A stretch of DNA of 64,000 nucleotides from Anaerococcus vaginalis (lineage in GTDB: Bacteria > Bacillota > Clostridia > Tissierellales > Peptoniphilaceae). The DNA lies in NCBI RefSeq assembly GCF_018363915.1, contig NZ_JAGZMY010000007.1. One strand, 5' to 3'. Made by a program: the position numbers and the translations under genes. Below the pieces are notes generated by a model, which worked only from the letters and a program-made list of their open reading frames with translations, was not told the DNA's origin and did no database searches. Positions 1 to 9,950 of this stretch are shown one piece after another (positions within the stretch are counted from its first letter, which is position 1; each line of letters begins with the position of its first letter).

Positions 1-266
1 TACCAAAAGGCACAATGTATGCAACAGCACCTGAAAACTTAAATCTTTCTTATGCTAATGTATCTGGTGGAGAAATTGCTAAGGCTGGATTTGGGTTTAC
101 AAGTGATAAAACAGGAATAATTGGCATTACAAGAGAAGTTGAAAAAGACAGAATGTCTGTATCTACTTACGCTATGTATGCAATTAAATTATTTGCTGAA
201 AGAACTGACGGTGTCTTTAAATTTAATATTAAAGAAGCACCAAAAGAAACAACTCCAGCAGCTTAA
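1..266 (+). CDS. phage structural protein, C-terminal fragment (gene continues upstream of window; possibly major capsid)
   Basis: The reading frame is open to the window edge with no start inside the window. It lies directly upstream of the head-tail connector genes. Confidence 0.35.
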   Translation, partial: PKGTMYATAPENLNLSYANVSGGEIAKAGFGFTSDKTGIIGITREVEKDRMSVSTYAMYAIKLFAERTDGVFKFNIKEAPKETTPAA

Positions 267-275
267 ACAAGATAG

Positions 276-617
276 GTGGTAAGTATGGATAATTTTAAGA
301 TGTATGAAAATTTAATAGGAGATATTGATAAGGACTTGATACAGTCAATCGAAGATTTGCAAAAAGCAAAAATGATTGATGTAATGAGTTCTTTTTTAGT
401 CCTTAAAGAAATACCTGATGAGCTTAATTATATTCTTGTGGAACTTACCATCTATAGATTTAACAAAATAGGCTCTGAGGGAATGACTTCTGAATCCAAA
501 ACAGCAGGAACTGAATCCTATGATCCAAATTATGAAGATAAACTACTAAATAAGTGCCTTGACTATGCAAAAAATTCTAGTGGACTACAAGCCAAATGGG
601 GAGTGAAGCTCTTATGA
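276..617 (+). CDS. phage head-tail connector protein (gp6-like / DNA-packaging type)
   Basis: 113-aa acidic protein in the position immediately after the capsid gene. Its sequence style matches gp6-like head-tail connectors of siphoviruses. Confidence 0.4.
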   Translation: MVSMDNFKMYENLIGDIDKDLIQSIEDLQKAKMIDVMSSFLVLKEIPDELNYILVELTIYRFNKIGSEGMTSESKTAGTESYDPNYEDKLLNKCLDYAKNSSGLQAKWGVKLL

Positions 618-907
618 GATTTGATACAAAAGTTATTTTTATAAAAAAGGGCGAAGAAAAATATAACCCTCAAATTGGTGGAATGGAAGCTACAGAAACA
701 AGGAATATTAAATTTTGTTCTTATAGGTCTGTAAGCCTTAAAGAGCAAAACGAGTTATTCTCTAAAGTTGATGTTGGTGCTATTAGTTTAGTAGTTAAGG
801 GAAAAAGTCCTGACTATGATTATGTGATTTTAAAGGATAAAAAATACAAGGTTTTAGCCAAAGAAACTTTTAGACAAAAGACAGGATATGTGGTGGGGGA
901 AATATGA
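614..907 (+). CDS. phage head closure / head-tail adaptor protein
   Basis: About 98 aa, starting MRFDTKV at the ATG at 614. Its 4-bp overlap with the upstream gene is typical of head-completion operons. Confidence 0.4.
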   Translation: MRFDTKVIFIKKGEEKYNPQIGGMEATETRNIKFCSYRSVSLKEQNELFSKVDVGAISLVVKGKSPDYDYVILKDKKYKVLAKETFRQKTGYVVGEI

Positions 908-1260
908 AAATATCTATAAAAGGTACTGATTTATTGACCAAGCACTTATCAAAAATAAAAGACCTTGAATTTGCGAGAAAAACTGTTAAAAAGCATGGGG
1001 CAAAGTTGCAAAAGACTATGAAAGATAATGCTACACCGAAAAAAATCTTTGTTAAAGGATATTCAACTGGAGAAACAAAGAGGTCAATTTCTTTAGAAAC
1101 TATTGATAATGGACTTACTGTTGTTGTTGCACCTAATACTGAATATGCAGCTTATGTTGAATATGGGACAAGATTTATGGAGGCAGAACCTTTTGTTAAG
1201 CCTTCTTTAGACAGCGTAGAAAGTGGATTTATTGAAGACTTAGAAAAGATGGATAAGTGA
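904..1260 (+). CDS. HK97 gp10-like tail-component protein
   Basis: 118 aa at the position and size typical of the gp10 family in siphovirus neck modules. Its start overlaps the upstream stop. Confidence 0.4.
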   Translation: MKISIKGTDLLTKHLSKIKDLEFARKTVKKHGAKLQKTMKDNATPKKIFVKGYSTGETKRSISLETIDNGLTVVVAPNTEYAAYVEYGTRFMEAEPFVKPSLDSVESGFIEDLEKMDK

Positions 1261-1625
1261 TGAACCAAGAAATATATGATTTAATTTTTAAAAGAATACA
1301 AGAACTAGGGTATGAGTGTTACCCCTTTTTGCCAAAGGAGGGAACTACATACCCTTTTGTTGTATTAGGAGAGGTCGACCTTAAACCAAAAGCTACTAAG
1401 TCTTTTTCTTTAGGTCAAGCCTCTATTTTTATACACGTATGGACAAAAAAAGAATCGAGAAAAGAATGCGAAACAATGTGCCAAAAAATCAGCCTTGCTT
1501 GCCACAAGTTTACAAGTCCTCATATATGGATTTTGCTTGATGGTTCTACAAGAGTTTTAGCTGATAATTCAACAAACGAAACCCTTTGGCATGGAGTTTT
1601 GAATTTAACTTATAAATTTTATTAA
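1257..1625 (+). CDS. tail completion / tail terminator-like protein
   Basis: 122 aa located between the gp10-like gene and the major tail protein. The assignment rests on gene order. Confidence 0.35.
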   Translation: MMNQEIYDLIFKRIQELGYECYPFLPKEGTTYPFVVLGEVDLKPKATKSFSLGQASIFIHVWTKKESRKECETMCQKISLACHKFTSPHIWILLDGSTRVLADNSTNETLWHGVLNLTYKFY

Positions 1626-1628
1626 GGA

Positions 1629-2162
1629 GTGAAAAAGATGATAAAAGCAATTTATGGAAAAGATAAAATCTTGATGTTTAGACTTTTAGAAAATGCTACA
1701 AAAGAAAAAGCTACTAAATTAGCTTTGCAAACTGAACATACTTTATCATACGAAAACAACGTTGATACTACTCAAACAAAAGACGGTGCTATTACATCAA
1801 ATGGTGGAATTGAAGTGTCTTTGGAAATAAACGCTATTGCAAGCCATGATGAAGTAAATGAAATGCTAAAGAAATCTGTAATTGAGCAAAAAGTATTGGA
1901 ATGTTGGGAAATAGATTTGGCAGGAGAAGCACAAGAAGGTAAATATCCTGCAAAATATATGCAAGGAAAACTTGAATCTTGGGAAATGCCAGCAAATGTT
2001 GAAGATTTAGCTGAGATTTCTACAACAATGAAAATAGATGGAATACCACAAGATGGTTACGCAACTATAAGCAAAGACCAAGAAAAAGCAATTCTTTATG
2101 CTTTTAGAGATGTAACTATCTTTGATGACAAGGCAGAAACAACAGGAACAGAGGGACACTAA
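1629..2162 (+). CDS. phage major tail protein
   Basis: 177 aa immediately upstream of the chaperone pair and the tape measure. RBS GGAGTG sits before the ATG. Confidence 0.5.
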   Translation: MKKMIKAIYGKDKILMFRLLENATKEKATKLALQTEHTLSYENNVDTTQTKDGAITSNGGIEVSLEINAIASHDEVNEMLKKSVIEQKVLECWEIDLAGEAQEGKYPAKYMQGKLESWEMPANVEDLAEISTTMKIDGIPQDGYATISKDQEKAILYAFRDVTIFDDKAETTGTEGH

Positions 2163-2202
2163 AATAGTGTCCTTTTTATTTTATAAATTTTAAGGAGAAT
2201 AT

Positions 2203-2592
2203 ATGAATTTAACAATAAATGGTAATGATTATGAATTAAATTTTGGTCTTAAATTTTGTAGGGAAATTTCCAAAGGTAGGTCAAAAAACGCTAATGGTAT
2301 TGATATCAGATTAGGAATTGAAAATGCTACAACTGCTTTATATACGGGCGATGTTTTAATCTTGCCAGAGCTTATAAAGGCAGCAACTGCAACTTTAGAT
2401 AAAAAACCAAGCGATAAGGATATTGAAGAATATTTGGATAATCACGAAGATTTAGGAAAGTTGTGTGATGATTTTTTAGAGCAATTGAAAACTCAATCAG
2501 CGACCAAGAAGAAAGCCTTGCAAGTATGGGAGAGCATGAAGAAAGCAGAAAAAGAAGAGAAAGAAAAAGAGAGAGTAAAAAAGAACAAATAG
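2203..2592 (+). CDS. tail assembly chaperone (gpG-like)
   Basis: 129 aa directly upstream of the tape measure. It ends in a Lys/Glu-rich tail that contains the slippery heptamer. Confidence 0.6.
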   Translation: MNLTINGNDYELNFGLKFCREISKGRSKNANGIDIRLGIENATTALYTGDVLILPELIKAATATLDKKPSDKDIEEYLDNHEDLGKLCDDFLEQLKTQSATKKKALQVWESMKKAEKEEKEKERVKKNK

Positions 2593-2951
2593 AGTCTTTA
2601 CTCTATAAGGACTTAATTATCAATGGGTTAAGATATTTTTCCGACAGTATAAAAGAGCTTGAAAGAATGACTTTAGTTGCATTTTACATGATGTTTACAG
2701 CTTTTAGATTAAAAGAAATTGATAAGAAAAGAGATTTTATCGAGAATGAACTTTTAAAAAGAAAGCTAGAAGAAACTGAAACTAAGGGCAAAAAGACTTA
2801 TTACGTTGTTAAAGATATTAAAGATATTTTTGATTATGAAAAGGCTGAGAAAAAGGTTCTTGGAGAAAAAACGGAAGATGACAATACCTTTGATAGATTA
2901 AGAAATATCGCTAAAAATGTAAGAAATTACGAAAAGAAAGGTGGTGAATAA
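2203..2951 (+). CDS. tail assembly chaperone G-T fusion made by -1 programmed frameshift at 2577-2583
   Basis: The downstream ORF (frame 0, 2526..2951) overlaps the G ORF (frame 1) by 67 nt and has no start codon with an RBS. The heptamer A_AAA_AAG lies at 2577-2583 in the G frame. Confidence 0.5.
2577..2583 (+). promoter_or_regulatory. -1 programmed ribosomal frameshift slippery heptamer A_AAA_AAG
   Basis: The heptamer is in the G-ORF frame (codons A AAA AAG), 8 nt before the G stop. A -1 shift reads KKEQIESLL into the 2526..2951 ORF. Confidence 0.55.
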
Positions 2952-2952
2952 T

Positions 2953-5900
2953 ATGAGTTATAGAGTTGAAGCCATTCTTTCGGCGGTTGATTCTGGATTT
3001 ACCTCTAAATTTAATCAGGCTACAAAATCGGTTGAGAAATTACAAAATCAAGCTAATAAAGTAAGTGGAGTTGCTTCTAAGATTGGAAATGCTACTGAAA
3101 GTATTGGTAGGAGTTTAACTACAAAACTAACTTTGCCATTAGGGGTCGCTTTTACTTATGCTGGTAAACAATTTTCCGATTTTGAAACTGGACTTGTTGG
3201 CGTTGGTAAAACAACTAATATGGCTGGTAAGGATTTAAAGGGTTTTGGAGATGATATTGCAAAAATGTCTTCTGTTATTCCTGTATCTACAAATGATCTT
3301 TTAGGCTTGGCAGAAACTGCAGGTCAATTAGGTATTCATGGTAAAAAAGACTTATTGGAATTTACAAGAGTTATGGCTGAGATGGGTTCGGCGACTAACC
3401 TTGCAGGCGAAGAAGGTGCAAAACAAATGGCAAGATTTGCCAATGTAATGGGTCTTGATGTAGGTAAAAGCATAAGACAGGTGGGAAACTCCGTTGTTAG
3501 GCTTGGTAATAATTTTGCTACAAGTGAAGCTGAAATAATGGATATGTCCTCAAGGCTTGCAGCTTCATCTAGGCTTGTAGGAATTACAACTCCAAATGTA
3601 TTAGGACTTGCAACTGCAATGTCTTCTGTTGGAATTGAAGCAGAAGCAGGTGGAACTGCTATGTCTACAGTTATGACAAAAGTTGATAAGGCTGTAGCTA
3701 GTGGTGGAGCAAAATTACAAAACTTTGCAAAGGTTGCAGGAATGAGTGCAGAAGATTTTGCTGCTAAATGGAAATCAAAACCTACAGAAGCTTTAGAAGA
3801 TTTGATGAAAGGTCTTGACAAAGCTTCAAAATCTGGTGGAAATATGAACCAAATTTTGGATATGTTAGGGATTAAAGGTGTAAGGGAATCTAATGCAGTT
3901 AAATCTCTAGCTCAAAATCACGAATTATTATCAGAGGCTATAAAACAGTCAAATAATGCCTATAATCATGGAAATGATTTGGCAAAAGAAGCGGCGGAAG
4001 CTTGGAAAACTTTACACGCTAAATTAACGACCTTTAAAAATACTCTTGGAAACATAGCTAAAGATATATTTTCAATTGTTGCTCCTGCTCTTAAAGATAT
4101 GGTTGATAAGGTCAATGAACTCGCTTCAAAATGGTTTGATTTATCAGATTCTTCAAAAAAAGCTATAGGAGAGATGGTATTAAAAATTGGTGGTCTTTTG
4201 GCTGCTATTGGACCAGTTTTATTGATAGGTGGAAAGATAACAAAAACTTTATCGCCTGTTATTGGGGGTTTAAGTCAAGTTGGTAATGCTTTTAAGATGT
4301 TTTCTGGTAGTGCAAGTAGTGCTTTAAATAGCTTTACTGGGGGAGCTTTAAGCTCTTTAGCAAAGAAAACAGAATTATCAGTTTTAACTGCTGGTGCTAA
4401 GTTAGCAAAATTAAGTCCTATGGTTGGGAAAGCTGTGTCCTTAGCAAATATAGGTATGCAAGCATTATTTCCTGCTGCTGTAATTGGTATAGCTTTAGCT
4501 GGACTTGGACTTTTATATTCTAAATTTGGCACACAAATTGATAAATTGTTGGAAGTAGCAAAAACAAAAGGTCCTGAAATAATCACTAATTTAGGAAATG
4601 GAATTGCCAATAAAATTCCTGATCTTGTAAATCAAGGGGCAACGCTTATTAATCATTTTGCCCAAGCATTGGCGGCAAATTTGCCAGCTATTTTGACTGC
4701 TGGAACTAATATAGTTATAGCTTTAGTCCAAAGTGTAGGTAATAATGCAGGTAAGCTTATTCAATCTGCTTTATTGGTAGTTGGCTCATTTTTGCAAGGA
4801 GTTATGCAAAATTTACCTAGATTAATAGTTGCTGGTGTGACTTTAATAGGTCAATTATTAGTAGGAATTGTTCAAAATATACCAATGTTAATTGCTACTG
4901 CTGGAAGAATAATAGCAGGCTTTATTGATGGTCTAGGACAATCATTGCCTCAATTATTAGGATCTGGTATAAAAATAATCTTTGAGCTAATAAAAGGAAT
5001 TGTACAAGCTATTCCACAAATTGTTTTAGCTGGAGTTGAAATAGTTATGACTCTAGGTAAGTCAATTCTTGGAGCTTTAGGAAATATTGGAGGAAAACTT
5101 GTTTCTGGTGTTAAAGGATTTTTTAAAAATATCTTTAGTCCAGGAAAAGAAGAAGCGACAAATACAAAAACGGATGTAGAAATAGAAATGAGTGGTTTAA
5201 GTAGTACGCTTGATGATATGACTAGTAGTCTTGGACCTAAGTTCCAACAAAACGCAAATCAAGCGAAAATTGGTTTTACATCAGAAATGTCAATGATGAG
5301 CCAAGAAACTCAAACAAAACTACAAGAAATGTCTAATGCTACAGGAATGAGTATGGACGAAATTGTTAGAACAGTCCAAGAAAAAGGAGAGCTAACAAAG
5401 GGAAACTTGACAATAAAAGCTTCTGAAATGAATACTAACGTATCAGGCCAAACCGACCAAATGGCAAACAACATGATTAACTCTATCACTCGAGGAGTTG
5501 ATGGAGCAAACACACAATTTGATGGTTTAAGTGCAAAACTTCCAACTGATGCAAGTGCAACTAATCAAGCTACAGCAGGTCAATATGAAGATTTGGCAAA
5601 TAGAATTACATCATCTACCGAACAAGCAAATTCAGCTGTTACAAGTGGAATTGATACAATAAATTCTAACTTTGAGATGAGACTTGGAACATTGCCTGCA
5701 AAGACAGATACTATTTTGATGAATGTATCTAATTCTTTTACAAATGCTTTTAATGCACTAGGTAAGGGCGTTGATAGTAATTTACAAAAAATCATTTCCG
5801 CTTATTCTTCTACAATGGCAAAGATGAACAGTATTTCAAATTCTGGACTTAATAATTTATCTAGTAGATTTACATCATCTTTTAACAGGATAAGTGCAAC

Positions 5901-6711
5901 TGTAACTGCTGGAACTAACAGGATTGTTGTTAGCATTACAAATATGAATAATCGTGTTAATGCTTCATTTTCACAATTTGCAAGCAGATTTATAGCAACA
6001 AATTCTAATATGTGGAATAGGTTTAATTCTCAATCTACATCAGCCTTAAATAGAAACTATTCAGCTTTTTCTAGCAATATAAGCAAGTTGCAAAGTAAAT
6101 TTACATCTTATGCAAATAAAGTTAAATCCCTTAATAATTCTATGTGGACTGCTGTTGTAAATAAAACAAAACAAGCTGGAAGCTCTATGGCGAGTGGTTT
6201 TTCTTCTGCTTGTAATAGGATGACAAGCCTTGCAAATAGTATGAGAAGTAGACTTATAGCAATTATGAATTCTTCTGTAGGTGGAATGAGAAGTGCTGGA
6301 TATAATGCTGGAATGGGATTTTATAGTGGTCTTGCAAGCACAAGAGGTTCTATTATGGGACTTGCTTCATCGATTGCTGCTTCTGTTTCTGCAAGAATTA
6401 GATCAGCTTTAAGAATTCATTCGCCATCTAGGGTTTTAATGAATCTAGGTTCTTATGCAGGAGAAGGTCTTGCAGTAGGATTAGAAAAATCTAAAAGATA
6501 TGTTAATAATGCAGTTGATGGATTATCCAACACTATAAAAGGTGTTGATACTGGTTTAAATTCTTCTTTTAGAGACTTTAACACTAATAGTAGAACAATG
6601 CCATTAGTTATTAATTTAAGGCTTGGAAATAAAGAATTTAGGGCAATATCAAGAGATATTACACAAGAACAAGGAAAAGATTTAATATTGGAGGCAAACT
6701 TTGGTATATAA
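2953..6711 (+). CDS. phage tail tape measure protein
   Basis: About 1250 aa, Ala/Gly-rich with hydrophobic central helices and Ser/Asn-rich C-terminal repeats. It follows the G/GT pair. Start ATG at 2953 after RBS GGTGGTGA. Confidence 0.85.
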   Translation: MSYRVEAILSAVDSGFTSKFNQATKSVEKLQNQANKVSGVASKIGNATESIGRSLTTKLTLPLGVAFTYAGKQFSDFETGLVGVGKTTNMAGKDLKGFGDDIAKMSSVIPVSTNDLLGLAETAGQLGIHGKKDLLEFTRVMAEMGSATNLAGEEGAKQMARFANVMGLDVGKSIRQVGNSVVRLGNNFATSEAEIMDMSSRLAASSRLVGITTPNVLGLATAMSSVGIEAEAGGTAMSTVMTKVDKAVASGGAKLQNFAKVAGMSAEDFAAKWKSKPTEALEDLMKGLDKASKSGGNMNQILDMLGIKGVRESNAVKSLAQNHELLSEAIKQSNNAYNHGNDLAKEAAEAWKTLHAKLTTFKNTLGNIAKDIFSIVAPALKDMVDKVNELASKWFDLSDSSKKAIGEMVLKIGGLLAAIGPVLLIGGKITKTLSPVIGGLSQVGNAFKMFSGSASSALNSFTGGALSSLAKKTELSVLTAGAKLAKLSPMVGKAVSLANIGMQALFPAAVIGIALAGLGLLYSKFGTQIDKLLEVAKTKGPEIITNLGNGIANKIPDLVNQGATLINHFAQALAANLPAILTAGTNIVIALVQSVGNNAGKLIQSALLVVGSFLQGVMQNLPRLIVAGVTLIGQLLVGIVQNIPMLIATAGRIIAGFIDGLGQSLPQLLGSGIKIIFELIKGIVQAIPQIVLAGVEIVMTLGKSILGALGNIGGKLVSGVKGFFKNIFSPGKEEATNTKTDVEIEMSGLSSTLDDMTSSLGPKFQQNANQAKIGFTSEMSMMSQETQTKLQEMSNATGMSMDEIVRTVQEKGELTKGNLTIKASEMNTNVSGQTDQMANNMINSITRGVDGANTQFDGLSAKLPTDASATNQATAGQYEDLANRITSSTEQANSAVTSGIDTINSNFEMRLGTLPAKTDTILMNVSNSFTNAFNALGKGVDSNLQKIISAYSSTMAKMNSISNSGLNNLSSRFTSSFNRISATVTAGTNRIVVSITNMNNRVNASFSQFASRFIATNSNMWNRFNSQSTSALNRNYSAFSSNISKLQSKFTSYANKVKSLNNSMWTAVVNKTKQAGSSMASGFSSACNRMTSLANSMRSRLIAIMNSSVGGMRSAGYNAGMGFYSGLASTRGSIMGLASSIAASVSARIRSALRIHSPSRVLMNLGSYAGEGLAVGLEKSKRYVNNAVDGLSNTIKGVDTGLNSSFRDFNTNSRTMPLVINLRLGNKEFRAISRDITQEQGKDLILEANFGI

Positions 6712-7534
6712 GTTTATAGATACAAACGAGGCTAACCTTAAAAGTTATGCCTCTATTCAAACAATAATTAATGGATTTAATTTAGATACAGAACTAGATG
6801 GATACAGGACTTTAAATGTATCTGGTAGGTCTGTATTTGGTAGAGATATTGAAACATTAAAATTTTCTGCAAGAAGAAATGCAGGTTCAAAATCTACCAA
6901 AAGTAACTCTAATAAGGCTGGAAATAATAAGTTTTTCATCTCTGATATACAAAGCCTTGTAATAGAAGTTGAGTTTTTGTTGGAAGCTAAGACAAATGAA
7001 TTATTCAGAGAGCTTTTATCTAAATTTACAACTATATTACACCAAGAAGAAGCGAAATGGACTTGGACTGATGACCAAGCTTTTTATTACACAGGGACAA
7101 TAACAGAAGTTGGAAGTTTTAAAGAGGATAAAAATTCTGTAATTTCTACTTTTAAAATTCTTTGTGTTGATCCAATGAAAACAAGCATTGAAACTTACGT
7201 TTTAAAAGGGAATGGAAAAGAAATTGAAATGCCAGATTTCAAAGAAGATATTGATATTTTAGAAATGAAATTTAATTTAATTGCTGATACCAATAAATTT
7301 ACTTTTGAGAATATGAATGGAAATGGCAAAACTATTTTTTCTTATCTATTTAAGGCTGGAAATACTATAGAAGTCTTGTTAAAAGAGCAAAAAGCCTTGC
7401 TAAATAGTAGAAATTTAATGCCAGCTATGGATTTAATGAGTGATTTTGAGAACTTTTTTGTAAACCCTAAAGAAAAAATACTCTTATCTAATGTTTGTGA
7501 TTATGAGATTAGGTACAAATTAAGGAGCTATTAA
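6701..7534 (+). CDS. distal tail protein (Dit-like)
   Basis: 277 aa immediately after the tape measure. TTG start follows a GGAGG RBS and overlaps the tape-measure stop. Confidence 0.55.
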   Translation: MVYKFIDTNEANLKSYASIQTIINGFNLDTELDGYRTLNVSGRSVFGRDIETLKFSARRNAGSKSTKSNSNKAGNNKFFISDIQSLVIEVEFLLEAKTNELFRELLSKFTTILHQEEAKWTWTDDQAFYYTGTITEVGSFKEDKNSVISTFKILCVDPMKTSIETYVLKGNGKEIEMPDFKEDIDILEMKFNLIADTNKFTFENMNGNGKTIFSYLFKAGNTIEVLLKEQKALLNSRNLMPAMDLMSDFENFFVNPKEKILLSNVCDYEIRYKLRSY

Positions 7535-9774
7535 TGTTATATTTATTTGATAAAAACGAAAAGTTAATACATGAGCTTGTTTCATCTGAATTTGAATCTT
7601 TAATCCAACATGAAGAATTGAATAAGCTGATGACCTTGGAATTTGGAGTCTTTATTGATTCTAACGATAAGATGAAAGATATTGAATATGTCGCCCATAA
7701 GGATATGGAAGATTATCAGAAAATACAAATGTATAGGATTATATCCTCTGAATCTGACGATTACACAGTTAATTATCAGGCAGTCCATATAATTTTTGAT
7801 GAATTAAAATCTTATGGTTATATTAGGGACAAAAGACCTGATAAGGTTAAGGCGAGTGCTGCTTTAAATATCGCTCTTGCTGGTTCTAGGTGGAAAGTTG
7901 GCAGGGTAGATGATAATGATCTATTGTCTGCTAGCTTTTATGATTCTACAAGACTTGACGCCTTATCAAAAATCATTGAAACTTGGAATTTAGATTTACA
8001 TTTTTATTTAACTTTTGATGGAAATAAGATAACAGGAAGATATATAGACTTATTAAGTTTTAGGGGTGAAGATACTGGAGAAAGATTTGTCTATGGATCT
8101 AATGCCCTTGAGGTAGTAAAAGAAGTTGATGTGTCTGAGGTTTACACAAGAGTTATACCAAGGGGAAAAGGCGAAGAAAAGCTTGATGAAGAAGGTAAGC
8201 CAACTGATGGATATGGCAGAAGAATAAAAATCGACGATGTTGTTTGGGAAAAATCCAAAGGAAATCCGATAGATAAACCGAAAGGACAAGAATATCTTGA
8301 ACTTAAAGAAATGACAAATAAGTTTGGATTTTCCGATGGAGAAGCAAGAACAAGGGTACAGATTTTTAAAGATATTGAAGATCCAAAAGAATTGATAAAG
8401 GCTGGATATGATTTTTTAGTACAAGTATCACGCCCTCTTGTGCAATTTAAAACAAAAATATCCAAAAGATCCAGAACAAATGTTGGCGATGTTGTAAGAA
8501 TAATAAGAAAAGATTTAGATTTTTATTATAGGACTAGAATTTACAAGGCACATAGAAATTTGTTAAATGAAACTTTAGAAGTTGAATTTGGGGATAAATT
8601 AGTCCAAAGTCCAGCTGATAGACAAAAGATTGTAAGCGATAGCTTAAATTCTTTGGAAGAAAGAATAAAAGAAACAGAGACCGACCTTAAAAGTTCTTTT
8701 GTAGACAAGGTGAATGAGGGAATAACCCATGCCACTTTTAATCGAGACGGATATAACTATGAGCTTAAAAAAGGTAATAAGTACGGACTACCAGCAGGAT
8801 ATTACAGTTTTGATAGGGAAATAGACGACAATCCCCAAAGAGTGATATATGTAGGAGCAGGAACTCTTGCAATCGCCGATAGTAAAAAATCTAATGGCGA
8901 TTGGAACTTTAGAACCTTTGGAACAGGTAAAGGGTTTGTTGCTGATTTGTTAGTAGCAGGAACAATACTTGGTGGCAAAGTCCGTTGGAATTTGGAAGAT
9001 GGTACATTTATAATTGGTAAAAATGCCGATGATTACAGCATGTATTGGGATGGTGGAACTCTACATTTGAGAAATACTGATATTGATTTGTCTAATAACG
9101 TTGATATAGATGACATGAAAAAAAGTATATCTTTAAAGGTATCAAGTGGGGATATAATTTCCGAAATAAATCAATCGCCAGAACAAGTAAAAATAAATGC
9201 TGGCAAGATTGACTTAGAAGGTAATTCTATAAATGTTAAAGGAACATTTCAAACTTTGAATTCTGACGATGATGTTGGAATAAAAATCGATTATAACCAA
9301 ATACATTTTCAAGATAATCGTAGACAAGGATATAGATTTGGAATGATAAATGTAAATAAATTATGGTATAAAGATAGAGCATTTTCCTTAAATTTGGGTC
9401 ATTATCAAGAAGGTTTTTTGTCCGTAGGATGGTATAAAGATGACTGGAAGGAATGGGAACCATATATGGTATTTGATAGGTGGGGAAAAAGCACTTATGC
9501 CACAGAAGGCTACTCTATACGTGTATTAGATACTATAAATTTTGATAAGACGGCATTATTTAAGGGAAATGTTGTAATTAATAGATCAACAACATTTAAT
9601 GATGAGTGTAAATTTGAACGAAATATTACTTTTGGTGGAAATAGAATAAAAATAGTAAACTATTCTGATGGTTTAGGATTTGTTAATGGAAATGGAGAAG
9701 GACTGTTTATAGAAGGTAGTGGAGCAGTATATTTGATGGATACACAATATAAATACAGAGTTGCCAAAGAATAA
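7534..9774 (+). CDS. tail-associated lysin / tail tip protein (Tal-like)
   Basis: 746 aa immediately after Dit, in the canonical TMP-Dit-Tal order. Start overlaps the Dit stop (ATGA). Confidence 0.6.
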   Translation: MLYLFDKNEKLIHELVSSEFESLIQHEELNKLMTLEFGVFIDSNDKMKDIEYVAHKDMEDYQKIQMYRIISSESDDYTVNYQAVHIIFDELKSYGYIRDKRPDKVKASAALNIALAGSRWKVGRVDDNDLLSASFYDSTRLDALSKIIETWNLDLHFYLTFDGNKITGRYIDLLSFRGEDTGERFVYGSNALEVVKEVDVSEVYTRVIPRGKGEEKLDEEGKPTDGYGRRIKIDDVVWEKSKGNPIDKPKGQEYLELKEMTNKFGFSDGEARTRVQIFKDIEDPKELIKAGYDFLVQVSRPLVQFKTKISKRSRTNVGDVVRIIRKDLDFYYRTRIYKAHRNLLNETLEVEFGDKLVQSPADRQKIVSDSLNSLEERIKETETDLKSSFVDKVNEGITHATFNRDGYNYELKKGNKYGLPAGYYSFDREIDDNPQRVIYVGAGTLAIADSKKSNGDWNFRTFGTGKGFVADLLVAGTILGGKVRWNLEDGTFIIGKNADDYSMYWDGGTLHLRNTDIDLSNNVDIDDMKKSISLKVSSGDIISEINQSPEQVKINAGKIDLEGNSINVKGTFQTLNSDDDVGIKIDYNQIHFQDNRRQGYRFGMINVNKLWYKDRAFSLNLGHYQEGFLSVGWYKDDWKEWEPYMVFDRWGKSTYATEGYSIRVLDTINFDKTALFKGNVVINRSTTFNDECKFERNITFGGNRIKIVNYSDGLGFVNGNGEGLFIEGSGAVYLMDTQYKYRVAKE

Positions 9775-9785
9775 GGGGTGAATAT

Positions 9786-9947
9786 ATGGATAATTTAATA
9801 GAAATATATATAGATATGTTAGCACAAACGAACCACAATTTAGCGTTATTAAGAGCAGAAAATCAACAATTAAAAATAGAAATAAAGAAAATAAAAGCCG
9901 AAGAAAAGGGAGAAATAAAAATAAATAAGGAAATTAAGGAGGACTAA
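9786..9947 (+). CDS. small coiled-coil hypothetical protein (53 aa)
   Basis: ATG preceded by AAGGGGTG. The predicted protein MDNLIEIYIDMLAQ...LKIEIKKIKAEEK has a heptad pattern. It falls below the ORF-track size cutoff. Confidence 0.25.
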   Translation: MDNLIEIYIDMLAQTNHNLALLRAENQQLKIEIKKIKAEEKGEIKINKEIKED

Positions 9948-9950
9948 GAT

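Noticed and set aside
3336-3821. 161-aa minus-strand ORF inside the tape measure gene (also 4275..4610, 5310..5513 and 5580..5795).
   Set aside because: These are antisense ORFs wholly embedded in a long, well-supported coding region. They have no RBS and an Ala/Ser/Pro-rich composition, which is a mirror-frame artefact.
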